Below are positions 12,880 through 25,008 of a DNA stretch of 64,000 nt, piece after piece (positions within the stretch are counted from its first letter, which is position 1; each line of letters begins with the position of its first letter). Location: the NCBI RefSeq assembly GCF_006345805.1, contig NC_043005.1, positions 4,836,001 to 4,900,000 of the forward strand. Direction: 5' to 3'. The DNA is from Octopus sinensis (lineage: Eukaryota). Under the pieces are notes generated by a model that was given only the letters and a program-made list of their open reading frames with translations, was not told the origin of the DNA and made no database searches. A program made the position numbers and the translations under genes.

Positions 12880-13250
12880 ATATATATAAACACACACATG
12901 TATAAATACATATATGCATGTATACACATGTGTATGTGTGTATATATACATGTGTGTGTGTATATACACATGTGTGTGTGTATATATACATGTGTGTGTG
13001 TGTATATATACATGTGTGTGTGTATATATACATGTGTGTGTGTATATATACATGTACATTCATATATATTCATTTATACATATGTAAATAGAATACATCC
13101 TAGATATCTACACACACATGTATATATACATATTTGTATATACATACGTATACATGCATTCATAATCACACACACACACGTGTGTGTGTGTGTGATTATG
13201 AATGCATGTATACGTATGTATATACAAATATGTATGTATGTGCGCGCGCT
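12880..13250. repeat. Complex (TA)/(TG)/(CA) micro-minisatellite
   Basis: Repeated TATATA(C)ACATGTGTGTG(TG) units; source of the spurious Y/I/H/T/C/V-rich ORFs. Confidence 0.9.
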
Positions 13251-14965
13251 CTTGTATGTAAGCGAACTCTACCCGTCTGCAGTTTCCTAAAACAATGCCG
13301 AAAGATTTCTGTTGGCGTTACAGAATAACGCTTTTGTTTCTGTGCATGACAATCTGCAATCAAGCTCTCTGTCTATTCTATGTTTTTATATAAACTCAAA
13401 GCTGAAACAAAGACGACAAGACAAAGTTATATTGATTTTCTTTCCCGGGGTAGAACATCCTAGTAACGAACTTGACACCACAATGCTGCCAGCAATGCGC
13501 ATGTTCAACCAAGACGCAGCAGCTCGTCACTCATTCAAATAGTTATTTTAAATAATTAGTTTAATATATCACCTAGAATCGCATCTACTAACGGACGGAT
13601 AAATATATTTCCTCACGGAAGCCCTTATTCTTTCTTCATTTTGACCTGACACATGTCTAATTTTCTCCTCCCAGATTTCATAACTTACTTGATAGATTGC
13701 CAGTGAACGGCCAAGCCTTTCTTCGCCTTTTTACTCGAAGATGTTAAATTCGGTAGATTGATTACGAAACATGAGAAGAAAGAACCAAACGAAGTATTGT
13801 AAAGTATTCTGTCTGGCGCTGTGCCGTCTTAGAAATGTCAAACAATGTTAAATTGTTGTACAATACAAACTTATTGGAAAGGAACAGTATAGTTTGTCGA
13901 TCGTCTTCAGTATGTTACTGGTACTTATTTTGTCGACGCCGTTTGGATGAAAGGCAGTAATATTTTTAAAACTCAAGTTCACAGATACCCCGAAGCTGTT
14001 CTTTCATAGCGAACCTGATGTCCTTGAAATCGTTAACAATATCGATTTGTGATTAAGCTAATATGGTAGAACAGTAAACCAAATGACCTTCAGTATTTAG
14101 TTAACGGTCTTACGTTCAAATCTTACTAAGAACAACTTTACATTTCACATGTTCGACTTTGATAAAACAAATAATAATGACAATAATTTACCGTTAATTC
14201 TAATTAGCTACATATAACTATATATTTTATAAAGGGGGGAATTAAATTGGCGCCTAGGCGTCAAGTAGCGTAACAAGGGATGTGCCAAGCGCAAAGAACA
14301 GTCACTTCGCAATGGGGCTAACGTACGTGGAAGGTATGTTATGTTTAAGAAGAGGGTAACTGCCCAAAATCCATGTTACATCATTGGTGAGTGTAGGCAG
14401 CTTCCAGCTATTATATGGAGCTCTCTTTAAATTTCTAATAGATAAATATTTACTTTCATTTGATAGAATACTACAAAACGGCAGAGAGGTTCGCGGTTTG
14501 CATCCAACACTGAAGGATTGCTATTTCCAATATTAACATGCCGAGCTCTTCTAATGGCCCCAGCCCACTTGGGTGTAAATTAGTACCTATGTAATTGATA
14601 AATGATGCATTAGTTTTGATTTAGTTCTGCTGAAAGGATTGCCAGCAATGAGGCTGGTTTCTCATTAACAAGGAGCTTTAGTCTCTGATCAACATAACGT
14701 TAATATGCGCCAACCAGCAAGTGTGTCTGGATTCTCACAAAGATATATGTTATCCTAAAGCCAAAGTGTCACGTAAAAAGCACCCAGTAGACCCTGTTAA
14801 GTGGTTGGCGTTAGGAAAGAGCATTCAGCTGTAGAAACCAAACCAAAACAGACTACGGGACCTTGTGTCGCCCGGCTCCTATCAAGCTGTCTAACCGATG
14901 CCAGCATAGAAAACAGACGTTAAATGTTGATGACGATTGATGATAAGATATATACATATATATTC

Positions 14966-15591
14966 GGATCTTTTCCTTTTGAACGGCAGATGTCAATACA
15001 ATTTCTAGTTAACTAAACACTTTTAAACTTCGTATACTGGTAGAATGTGTTTATAAAACATCATTTTCTCTTGGTTTTATTGAGGAAATTCTATAGTTTG
15101 TAAGATATTTCGTCTGAAAATCCGAGCATTTCGGCAATTTTAACCAATCGATTACCTCCATTCAACTAAAATCATTTGCTGCGCCTAAAACTGAGACAAC
15201 ATCCTGTCACTAACCCTAAAACTCCCCCCTAACCCTAATTTTTTTTTCTTAATTGTTAAATTAATTTAATTCCATTGCTTTAGTTTTTTTTACACGTGTA
15301 ACAATTAAATTAATTTAACAATTAAGAAAAAAAAATTTAGGGTTGGGGGAGGTTTAGGGTTAGTGACAGGATGTTGTCTCAGTTTTAGACGCAGCAAATG
15401 ATTTTAGCTCAGAAGAGAGCATAGGATTGGTTAAAATTCGAAAAATTAAACTACGTTAAACAAACAAATTACAATTTTCTCAAGAAAGTCAAGAGAAAAA
15501 AATGTTTTATTTTGACACATTCTACCAGTATACGAAGTTTTAAAGTGTTTAGTTAACTAGAAATTGTCTACCGTTCAAAAGGAAAAGATCC
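14966..15591. mobile_element. Foldback MITE with about 300-bp inverted arms
   Basis: GGATCTTTTCCTTTTGAACGG...CCGTTCAAAAGGAAAAGATCC termini. Arms are complementary almost to the centre (about 15290), including CATTTGCTGCG(C/T)CTAAAACTGAGACAACATCCTGTCACTAACCCTAA. Confidence 0.85.
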
Positions 15592-15596
15592 ATATA

Positions 15597-15965
15597 TTCT
15601 TTTACTTGTTTCAGCCATTTGACTGTGGCCATGCTGGAGCACCACCTTTAGCCGAGCAAATCAACCTCAGGATTTATTCTTTGTAAGCCTAGCACTTATT
15701 CTATCGGTCTCTTTTGCCGAACCACTAAGTTATGGGGACGTAAACACACCAGCATCGGTTGTCAAGCGATGTTGGGGGGACACACAGACACACACACATA
15801 CATGTATATATACATATATACGACAGGCTTCTTTCAGTTTCCGTTTACCAAATCCACTCACAAGGCTTTGGTTGGCCCGAGGCTATAGTAAAAGACACTT
15901 GCTCAAGGTGCCATGCAGTGGGACTGAACCTGCAACCATGTGGTTGGTAAGCAAGCTACTTAGCA
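15597..15965 (-). mobile_element. tRNA-derived SINE family A, near full-length copy
   Basis: Head ...AGCTTGCTTACCAACCACATGGTT..GGTTCAGTCCCACTG..TGGCACCTTG, internal (TA/TG)n, tail ...GGTGCTCCAGCATGGCCACAGTCAAATG. Other copies at about 525-900, 3060-3200, 3480-3640, 29460-29580, 39547-39945, 40652-40810, 40962-41124, 42800-42950, 46500-46990, 50925-51275, 55490-55650, 57060-57420, 58690-58930. Confidence 0.85.
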
Positions 15966-16205
15966 CAGATAGAATCGGGTACTTGAAAAGATATGCACCA
16001 AGTAGGGTTGGATAAACGTGTGATCACTGCCTTCAGTTGATAGATATCAAATAGGACATTCAGGTTGTGTACACAGACAAAGCAAACCTGATGAGTATTT
16101 AGCGCCCAGGGGCTGGTTCAAAGCACACATTACGTTGATTGTACGTTGTTGGTATACTCCAGGGTATCCGACTTGTCGTAAATCCCTATATTGTATTATA
16201 ATCTA

Positions 16206-16533
16206 ATGAATACTAACGGACGATGGATAATTGTCAGCTCATTACAGCCGATTCTTGCACATCTTTTGATAGAAGAATGAGAATATTACTTCATTGCAAA
16301 AAACCGTGATCATCTGATGAGACATAATTCCAAAAACAACAGAATGTCCAAAGAATACAGCAGGGACATCCCAGCTCTATTCTTTTGTTTTTGAAAAATA
16401 TGTTTCATCTGATGATTACGTTTTTTTGTGGGGTTTTTTTTTTGCAATGAAGTAATGTTCTCATTCTTCTATTAAAAAAATGTGCAAGAAATGGCTGTAA
16501 TGAGCTGGCAATTATCCATCATCTGTTATTCAT
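16206..16533. mobile_element. MITE with about 100-bp TIRs
   Basis: ATGAATA..AACGGACGATGGATAATTGTCAGCTCATTACAGCC...TTCATTGCAAAAAA is mirrored by TTTTTGCAATGAAG...GGCTGTAATGAGCTGGCAATTATCCATCATCTGTTATTCAT. Confidence 0.8.
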
Positions 16534-17509
16534 ATATGTGTGTGTCTGTGTATTTGTATATATATATATGTATATATGTGTGTGTGTGTGTGATAATACA
16601 AACATAGATAGACACACAAGCGCCATCCATTCACAGGACAATAAAAACTTTTCTTAGACTATAAATTCTTTTACTAATTAAATGAATTTTATATTTTATA
16701 AGGGAATAATATGAGTATAAAAGGAACTCTCTGCATAATAAAAACTGATATAAATATTATTTGGTTGGTTGCTTGGTTAGTTGATAGTTATATTTTTTGA
16801 TAAGTTAATCAGCACATGATAAGTAACACTGGTATATGATAGTTTCAAATTTTGGCACAGGGCCAGCAGCTTTTTGGGGGAGTAGGGAAGTCAATTACAT
16901 TAAACCCCCACCCCGTATTTGACTGGTGGTGGTATGTATTTTATCAACCCTGAAAGAATGATAACCAAAGTCAACCCCAGTAGAATTTGAATTCAGAACA
17001 TAAAGGCAGAACTTTTAGCCTTTTTGTGTCCAGTATACTAAGGGTTCTGCCAGCTCACTGCCCTATTCTAGCGATATAGTAAAAACTTGTGAAAAAAATG
17101 ACTGAGACACAGAAAATATAAATCAATGGACCAGATGATTTGTAGTATTTCATTACATCCCTTTATATTCTAGTTTGCAAATTCTATTGGGATCAACTTT
17201 ATCCTACGTCCTTCTGGAATCGATAAAATAAATACCCCTTGAGTACATAGATCAGGGCAATTAGTTTTACTCTTCCATGCAAATTCATGGCCTTCAGCTA
17301 AGAAATCAGTATTTAGTTGCATTCTGAATTTACCGACTCTCATGACCAATTCTATTTTTCTCCCCTTTGGGAAGGAGGAAAACTACCGGTTATATGCTGG
17401 GTTGATTAAATTAACCACATTGCACCAACAGAGTTTGTAGCCAAGTGTTAAAGATCAATATACATTTAAGTCAATGAAGGAACCTATTTCTCACACCCAC
17501 ACACAAATG

Positions 17510-18320
17510 ACTGCGTTGATATGGTCATGTGGCAAGAATGGATGAGGATAGCTGTGTGAAAAAGTGCCACACCCTAGCAGTTGAGGGAGCCTGTGTAAGA
17601 GGTAGACCCAGGAAGACCTGGGATGAGGTGGTGAAGGACAGCCTTCAAACATTAGGCCTCACTGAGGCAATGACTAGTGACCGAGACCTTTGGAAATTTG
17701 CAATGTATGAGAAGACCCAGCAAGCCAAGTGAGACCATAACCTTGTGGCCTATGCCAGGGATGTAACCAGCCCACTTATGCGTAACTTTCCTCCATTGGA
17801 CATTAAACTCTGTTTGCGAAGACCTGTTGAGGAAAGTGAAATCGAAATTGAATCAAATTCGATGACTGGCACCCGTGCCAGTGGAGAGCTAAGAGCACCA
17901 TCCAAGCATAATCGTTGCCAGAGAAGCTAACTGGCTTCCGTGCTGGTGGCACATAAAAGGCACCATTCAAACGAGATTGTTACCTGCATCGCTTTACTGA
18001 CACTTGTGCCAGTGACATGTGAAAAACATTCGAGTGAGGTCAATGCCAGTGCCGCCAGACTGGCTCCTGTGCAGGTAGCACATAAAAAACACCACTTGAG
18101 CGTGACTGTTGCCAGTACCACCTGACTGGCCTCATGCAGGTGGCACGTGAAAGCACCCACTACACTCTTGGAGTGGTTGGCATTAGGAAGGGCATCCAGC
18201 TGTAGAAACTTTGCCAGATCAGATTGGAGCCTGGTGCAGCCATCTGGTTCGCCAGTCCTCAATTAAATCATCCAACCCATGCTAGCATGGAGAGTGGACA
18301 TTAAACAATGATGATGATGA
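17510..18320 (+). mobile_element. RTE-clade LINE 3' end: ORF C-terminus, repeat-bearing 3'UTR and (GAT)n tail
   Basis: WYGHVARMDEDSCVKKC...VEG...RGRPRKTWDEVVKDSL..LGL-type RTE C-terminus runs directly into the GGTGGCAC.TAAAAAGCACC subunits and the GGAAGGGCATCCAGCTGTAGAAAC...AACCCATGCTAGCATGG...GATGATG tail. Confidence 0.8.
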
Positions 18321-18352
18321 TGATATACATACACACACACACATATATATAT

Positions 18353-18797
18353 CGGAATCGAAATTGAACCAATCCTATGACTGGCACCTGGCAGATGCCA
18401 GGACCCCTGGACTGGAGATACGTAAAAAGCACTATCCGAATCGTGGCCGATGCCAGCGCCGCCTCGACTGGCTTCCGTGTCGGTGGCACGTAAAAAGCAC
18501 CATCCTGATCATGGCCAAAGCCAGTGCCGCTTCAACTGGCTTCCGTGCAGGTGGCACGTAAAATGCACCAATCCGACTGTGGCCGATGCCAGCCTCGCCT
18601 GGCATCAGTGCAGGTGGCACGTAAAAAGCACCCACTACACTCACGGAGTGGTTGGCGTAAGGAAGGGCATCCAGCTGTAGAAACATTGCCAGATAAGACC
18701 GGAGCCTGGTGCAGCCTTCTGGCTTCCCAGATCCCCGGTCGAACCGTCCAACCCATGCTAGCATGGAGAACGGACGTTAAACGATGATGATGATGAT
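18353..18797 (+). mobile_element. RTE-tail repeat copy (defined 5' boundary variant)
   Basis: Starts GGAATCGAAATTGAACCAATCCTATGACTGGCACC, ends GACGTTAAACGATGATGATG; flanked by TA/CA-rich sequence. Confidence 0.85.
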
Positions 18798-19237
18798 ATA
18801 TATAAATATACAAACACATCTACATATAGATAGATAGATACCAATTTAAACTTATTTGTTTAAATTCAATGAATATATTTATTGAAATAGTCTTTATTAT
18901 CTCATAAAGGAATGATACTCCAGAGTATATGCATTTTATAATTACACACACACAGATATATATATATGTACACTTGCTTAGATATTAACATAGCTTTGTG
19001 TGAATGCATGCACACCATTGTTTCATGGTTGCCAGGAGATAACCCAGCACTCAGTGTATCTGTATGTTGCACTAGTTTCTATTGATCTTTCCAATCAAAG
19101 TATCTTAAGGGAGAAAGTGGGAATGGCTGTCTCTGCATAAACCTCGTCCAATTTAACTCTTTAAATATGTGTAGTGAACTAGAACTAAATTGAAAATAAC
19201 AATGACAGGTTTAGTAAAATAACTTTACTGTTATTAA

Positions 19238-19596
19238 CCCTTTTGTTACCATATTTATTTGGAAATATACAATCTTCATTTCAATAAATATTAAAATAAT
19301 GAAAATTTGTCATTATCAAGTTTGTGTTTTTAACATAAAAAAAAAAACATTTTGACAGATTTAAATTTAGACCGCTTTGATCCTTTTGATGCCAACCCAT
19401 CTGAGACCAGCCCTGGTTCTATTATAGGAACTTCCTGTTTCAAGTCAACTCGATTAAAACCTTCCATCAAAATTTCACATTGTGTTCCAAATACCAGTTT
19501 AATTATAATAGAGTTATTTTATTAAATTCTTCATAATTTTCCAAATTAATTGAAACAAAACCAGTCTATTTCAACAGAAATATGTTAAGTAAAGGG
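19238..19596. mobile_element. piggyBac-like MITE (TTAA|CCCTTT...AAAGGG|TTAA)
   Basis: TTAA on both flanks and CCCTTT.GTTACCATATTT / AAATATGTTAAGTAAAGGG termini. Related fragments at about 22700-22930, 38140-38285, 44590-44705, 45770-46460, 49890-50050, 52820-53070, 56160-56300. Confidence 0.6.
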
Positions 19597-20480
19597 TTAA
19601 TTCAAGAAGTTTGTATCATTGAACTAGGACCAGTCTCAGATAGGTTAGTATCAAAAGAACAAATGATCCATATTAATTGTTTAACATTATCACTGTTTCA
19701 GCAACAACCAAGAGATATGTATCAATAAACTTTATTTAGTCACATAGTACATCTAAAAGGGACAGCAGTCAATCCATTGAAGTGTTGAATAAACACCTTG
19801 TGGTATTTGTTCAACTTGTTTGAGTTCTGCTCTTAAATTCCACCCAAGTTTACTTTACTACAAACTGGTACTCCATTGGCTATGACAATAAGCATTCCTT
19901 TGATCTGATCAACAGAACGTCCTGCTCATGAAATATACAAGTGGTTAAGCGCTCTACAAACAGGCATACCCTCAACATAGATCTCAGAAAGATTCAGCAT
20001 GGCACAGCAACCTTTGAAGTACAGGTACTACTCATCTCATTTTTGTCAGCTGAGTGAACTGGAGCAATGAGAAATAAAGTGTCTTTATCTATATCTATAA
20101 AAGGCTGGATGTGTGTGTGTGTGTGTGTGTGCGTGAATGTACTTTATGCATGTCCACAAATTAGCACACATGTCACTCCAATTGTAGGAGGACATTGGTC
20201 ACAATCATGGCTGTGCTTTCGTCAACTTATTTTTCCCTAGGCATCTCTGGATAGTGGTAAAAATAGCTTTTCAACCATAACTTTTACCAATTTTCATGTC
20301 GATGAAATCTGTAAGTTTGCTAACATGAGTTAAGTCCCTGTCTTATAGATTAATTCACCCTACGACAATTAGATTTCAACTACCTAAGCAATCTTAGTGT
20401 AGGAAAAGAGAAAGAGCTGAAGAGACTGACTATCAACAGACCCATTAGTAAAATATTATAACTTTTGGGGCCAAAACCTT

Positions 20481-21080
20481 TCTGTTTTTGATTCGACGGT
20501 CATTCGGAATGCTCACAGCAGCCATATTCCTGCCACTCTATGTCACGCTGGTGAGACCCATATTGGAGTATGGGATTCAAGCCTCTTCTCCTTATCTCCT
20601 CAAAGACATACAGCACCTTGAAAGAGTCCAGAGGCTGGCTACCCGCATGGTTCATGGTCTCAAAAATTTGTCCTACGAAGAAAGGCTGAGGACGCTCGAC
20701 CTTTATTCTCTTGAAAAACGCCGCCGCCGTGGTGATCTCATTCTCGCCCACAGCATCATAAGCGGGAAGTGTAACCTCTCGAAAGAGCTGTTCTTCACTC
20801 CTGCTCCGGAGCGTCGGCTGCGGGGTCATTCCGAAAAGCTCTACCTGCGACGATTTCATCTCAATCGAAGGAGAGGAGCTTTCTCCGTCCGGGTTGCGGA
20901 TCCGTGGAACAAGCTGCCAGACGAGATGGTGAAGATGCCGACGACCGCTTTGTTCAAAGCCTCCCTGGACCTCAAGTGGCCTGAACTCTTTACATGAATA
21001 CCACCCTGTACTTAACTCCATGTCCCCCTACATGGCCTTGCTATTTGCTTTTGAGCCAAATTAACTAACTAACTAACTAA
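20481..21080 (+). mobile_element. CR1-clade LINE, 5'-truncated 3' fragment with (AACT)n tail
   Basis: Uninterrupted ORF end LYVTLVRPILEYGIQASSPY...LERVQRLATR...LSYEERL...LEKRRRRGDLI...RGH...FSVRVADPWNKLP is typical of the CR1 RT C-terminus; AACT tail at about 21063-21080. Confidence 0.9.
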
Positions 21081-24000
21081 ATATGAGCTTGCAAATATTC
21101 CGCTATGAAACATTTAATAAAATCAAAGCAGTAACTTTCATAAATCAGGGTATAATTTTTGAAGACTCTTTCTGAACCCAGTCAATGACGGGTATTTCTG
21201 CTAGTCATAATTAAAGTCTTGCTCAGGAATCAAACTCATGACCTTGCAATTGTGAGCTGAATACTTCACCCACTGAGCCATGCACCTTCACAGGTCTATA
21301 AAATAAGTCTGAGTCAGTCATGTTCTAGGTTTGATTCTTCTGTCTCTCAGAATTAAGTTCCCTGCAATGAGGGGAGGAAGTGGCAGGCTGTCCACAGTGT
21401 TCCTTTCTCCCAAGACAAGTGTTTCTCCTCTGTTCTCATAAATGGCTTTGGCAGAGAAGATCTCCATCATTTGATCATGAGGATTCGGTTGTTTGATTGG
21501 CTGAATTACCTGCCCCTGAATTAATATATTAATGGCTGAGTATTCCATAGACATGTGCACCCTTTATGCAATTCTAAGGTAGAATCAATATGACATTATG
21601 AAGAGAGAAATAATTATAACCCTTGAAATACCCTATCAGAGTATGGCACACACACAAATGATCAGGTAGTGATTCAATTATTCTAGAAAGATCATTACTA
21701 AATTATTGGCCATGTGGTTATATATATATATATTTATTATGGTTCTGAAAGAGTATTGCAATGTAGCACTCATTCTGGGTTCAAGGCTATCTACACTCTA
21801 GGATGATTGAAATAGTGTAGAAAATCCAGATATTACACCAGAAAATTCAATGTATTGGTCTTCTAATTCTACCTTTGACACGTAAAAAGCACCCACTACA
21901 CTTTCGGAGTGGTTGGCATTAGGAAGGGCATCCAGCTGTAAAAAGTTTGCCAGATCAGACTGGAGCCTGGTGCAGCTGCTGGCTCTCCAGATCTCAGTCA
22001 AACCGTCCAACCCACGCCAGCATGGGAAATGGATGTTAAACGATGATGATGATGATGATGATCTAGGTCCTGTCTGCTCTTTCACCATTTTTATCCTTTT
22101 CTAATTATTGTTTCTTCTTGATCATCATCATCATCCTCGTTTAATGTCTGCTTTCCTTGCTGGCATGGGTTGGACAGTTTGACTGAGGGCTGCACCAGGC
22201 TCCAATCCGATCTGGCAATGTTTCTACAGCTGGGTACCCTTCCTAATGCCAACCACTCTGAGAGTGTAGTGGGTGCTTTTTATGTGCCACAGGCACGAGG
22301 GACTGTCAGGCAGTACTGACATTGACCATGCTTGAATGCTGCTTTTTACATGCCACTTGCACAGGAGCCAGCAGGCAGCACTGGCAATGATCATGCTTGA
22401 ATGGTGCTTTTTATGTGCTACCAGCATCAAGCACACTCGAATGGTGCTTTTTAATGTGCCACAGCAAGGACTTCACTTGACTCAAAAGATATTCACAAGC
22501 ACAGTTTACTGCCCAATGATTGAAGGGTACTCTTAAATGGGTCAGTTATGCTGCCCTGGCATAGGCCATGGTTACAGCTTCACTTGGCTTGTTGGGTCTC
22601 CTCAAGCACAATACATCTCCAAAGGTCTCGATCGCTTGTCATCACCTCCATGAGGCCCAAAATTTGAAGGCTCCTATGGTGCACTCTTCTTGCTTTAAAT
22701 TAAAACCTCCTATCAAAATTTCATGCCATGTTCCAAATACTAGCTTCATATTTACTCCTTTATGGTCAACTCTTGATATCAACCTGAGATTATTCTTGGT
22801 TCTGTGGTATACACATCTTGTTTTAGAGTCAGTAAAATTTCGTATTAGCTCCACGACGAAGTTAATTTACTAAACTATTCATTATTTACAAATTAATTGA
22901 AACATTAGTAGTGTATTTCAAGAAAAATATTCTGAAAGGGTTTGACAATGTAAAAAACTAATCAAAACAGTGTACTTCATCAGAAATGTGGTCCCAAAAG
23001 ATTGATTTCTCACAAACCCCTAAATTTTGAAAGAAGTCTCAATCAATTAAATCATCCAAAATATTTGACAGCCAACAGTTTTTATTGTACGTAGAATGAA
23101 AGATTTTGCCAGGATTTCAACTATGAACATAAACGGATTGTAATCTGAAGGGGACAAACCACGTTTCCCTTTCCACTTCTCCCCGATAAGACAGATGAAC
23201 AAAAAAATTCAAAATTCTGTATTTCTCACCATTTTACATTATCCCTACATGTTACTTTTTTTTTTCCAATACTCTGATAGAAATGACCTTTGACGTGCTT
23301 CCTAAATGGGACCTCTCTAGACATCCGGAGATTTACGTAAATCCTTATAAGGAAGTGCTTTTGTCATAATTGCAATGGAGCAGGAACAAAGGCTCTCTGG
23401 TGCTTTTGTCTCCAAGGCCATAAGATGCATCTTAGCTCAGTATAATGGTAAACAAACATTTCACCTAGGCAGCGAGCTGGCAGAAATGCTTAGTAGCATT
23501 TCGTCTCACCTTATGTTCAGAGTTCAAATTCTGCTATGGTTGACTTTGCCATCGATCCTATTGGGGGTCAATCTAATCGACTGGCCTCCCGCTGCCCAAA
23601 ATTTCAGGCCTTGTGCAGAAAAGAAAGGAACGTTTCACCATCCAACCATAAAAACAATCCTTTCTATTGGTACAAAATACAAAATTCGGTAAAATGAGGC
23701 TAGCCGACTACCCTGACTTATTTATTGTAATGACCCCAAGAGGATGAAAGATAAAATCAGCCATAATGGAATTTGAACTTAGAACATAACGACTGACCCA
23801 AATGCAAGCAGCATTTTGTCTGGTATGCCTAAACAAGCGACCAGAAGAAGGGAGATAATCATGTCAGAGATGAAACCTCCACAATGTTATTGACATATAT
23901 TGGGTGCAACAAGAGAAAGAGGGCGAAGACATCCAAATGTAAAAAAGGTACCATGGTTCTGAGCTTTATCCAACCCATGCTGACATGGGTGTAAAAGGGG

Positions 24001-24580
24001 GATCTCGTGATCCCGATATACTAATTATATGGTCACCCCGTGTTAATAGTTTACCTTGGGTTTGTAATCTTTGCCAATTGCTATCCGGGGGAAGTGACCT
24101 GTAGCCCACCTAAAACAGCATTGTGTTAAAATTAGTCGTTTCAGGGCACGACCTCCTTTCCTTCACGTAACCAAACAATGGCTCATTCAAGACTTCACCA
24201 CTTGAAAATTATTTTTGTCTGAAATACAGTGCTGTAGCCCCTTAAAAAACAAAAACTCATAGGCTCTATAAGCATTGCTCCTCTGCAGACAAGTCACTGT
24301 AAGTCCTTGAACAACTTTGCTTTGCATCAAAACGGCCACTAAACTCACTTTTCTTGATGACCATTCATAGTAATCACACACGCACTGGACCAAAGCGGTA
24401 CAGGCACTCATCTGCTCCTTTATAGACAAACCCAAAGTCCAAGACAGGTGAATTCACCATTTAGCATTCAGATCACTATCAGACATATTCAAACTGGTTT
24501 CAATCAATCATGCATTATTTCTTAGCTTTGAGATTTCAATGTGATTGTATACTTTTTAGATTGACATTGCATTTTAAGTG

Positions 24581-24761
24581 ACGATTTCATCTCAATCGAA
24601 GGAGAGGAGCTCTCTCCGTCCGTGGAACAAGCTGCCAGACGAGATGGTGAAGATGCCGACGACCGCTTTGTTCAAAGCCTCCCTTGACCTCAACTCTTTA
24701 CATGAACACCACCCTGTACTTAACTCCATGGCCTTGCTATTTGCTTTTGAGCCAAATTAAC
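24581..24761 (+). mobile_element. Short CR1 LINE 3' copy with TAAGTG target-site duplication
   Basis: Near-identical to the 3' end of the 20481-21080 copy; flanked by TAAGTG at 24575-24580 and 24762-24767. Confidence 0.85.
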
Positions 24762-25008
24762 TAAGTGTGAGGTGCCAAATCCAGCACAGGTTTTAACAAA
24801 ATATTTGGGACCAGAAATGGCTGGTTTAAATCTAAGAATAAGTACATTTACAAATCCTATTAAGTAATCTAAATCCAGTTTACCAATACTATGAGATGCC
24901 TCACCAATAGTAAAATGTCAACTTTACGATATTTCTACCTCTATGGGTCATCTGAGATGGATATTCTTGCAGAATCAACAACTCTGTACGACATTATACA
25001 ACTTTCAG

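Noticed and set aside
12846-13328. Cluster of Y/I/H/T/C/V-rich ORFs
   Set aside because: Translations of dinucleotide microsatellites; the same applies to 8947-9150 and 39895-40140.
16314-16390. Hammerhead ribozyme (CTGATGA, GACAT/ATGTC stem, AAGAATA/TATTCTT stem)
   Set aside because: GAAA is CAAA, stem I cannot form, and the apparent stem III is just the centre of a palindromic MITE.
20500-21021. 173-aa minus-strand ORF
   Set aside because: Antisense shadow of the CR1 RT fragment.
24187-24435. Possible minus-strand exon ending AGAAAA|GTGAGT
   Set aside because: No good acceptor, no partner exons and no recognisable peptide.
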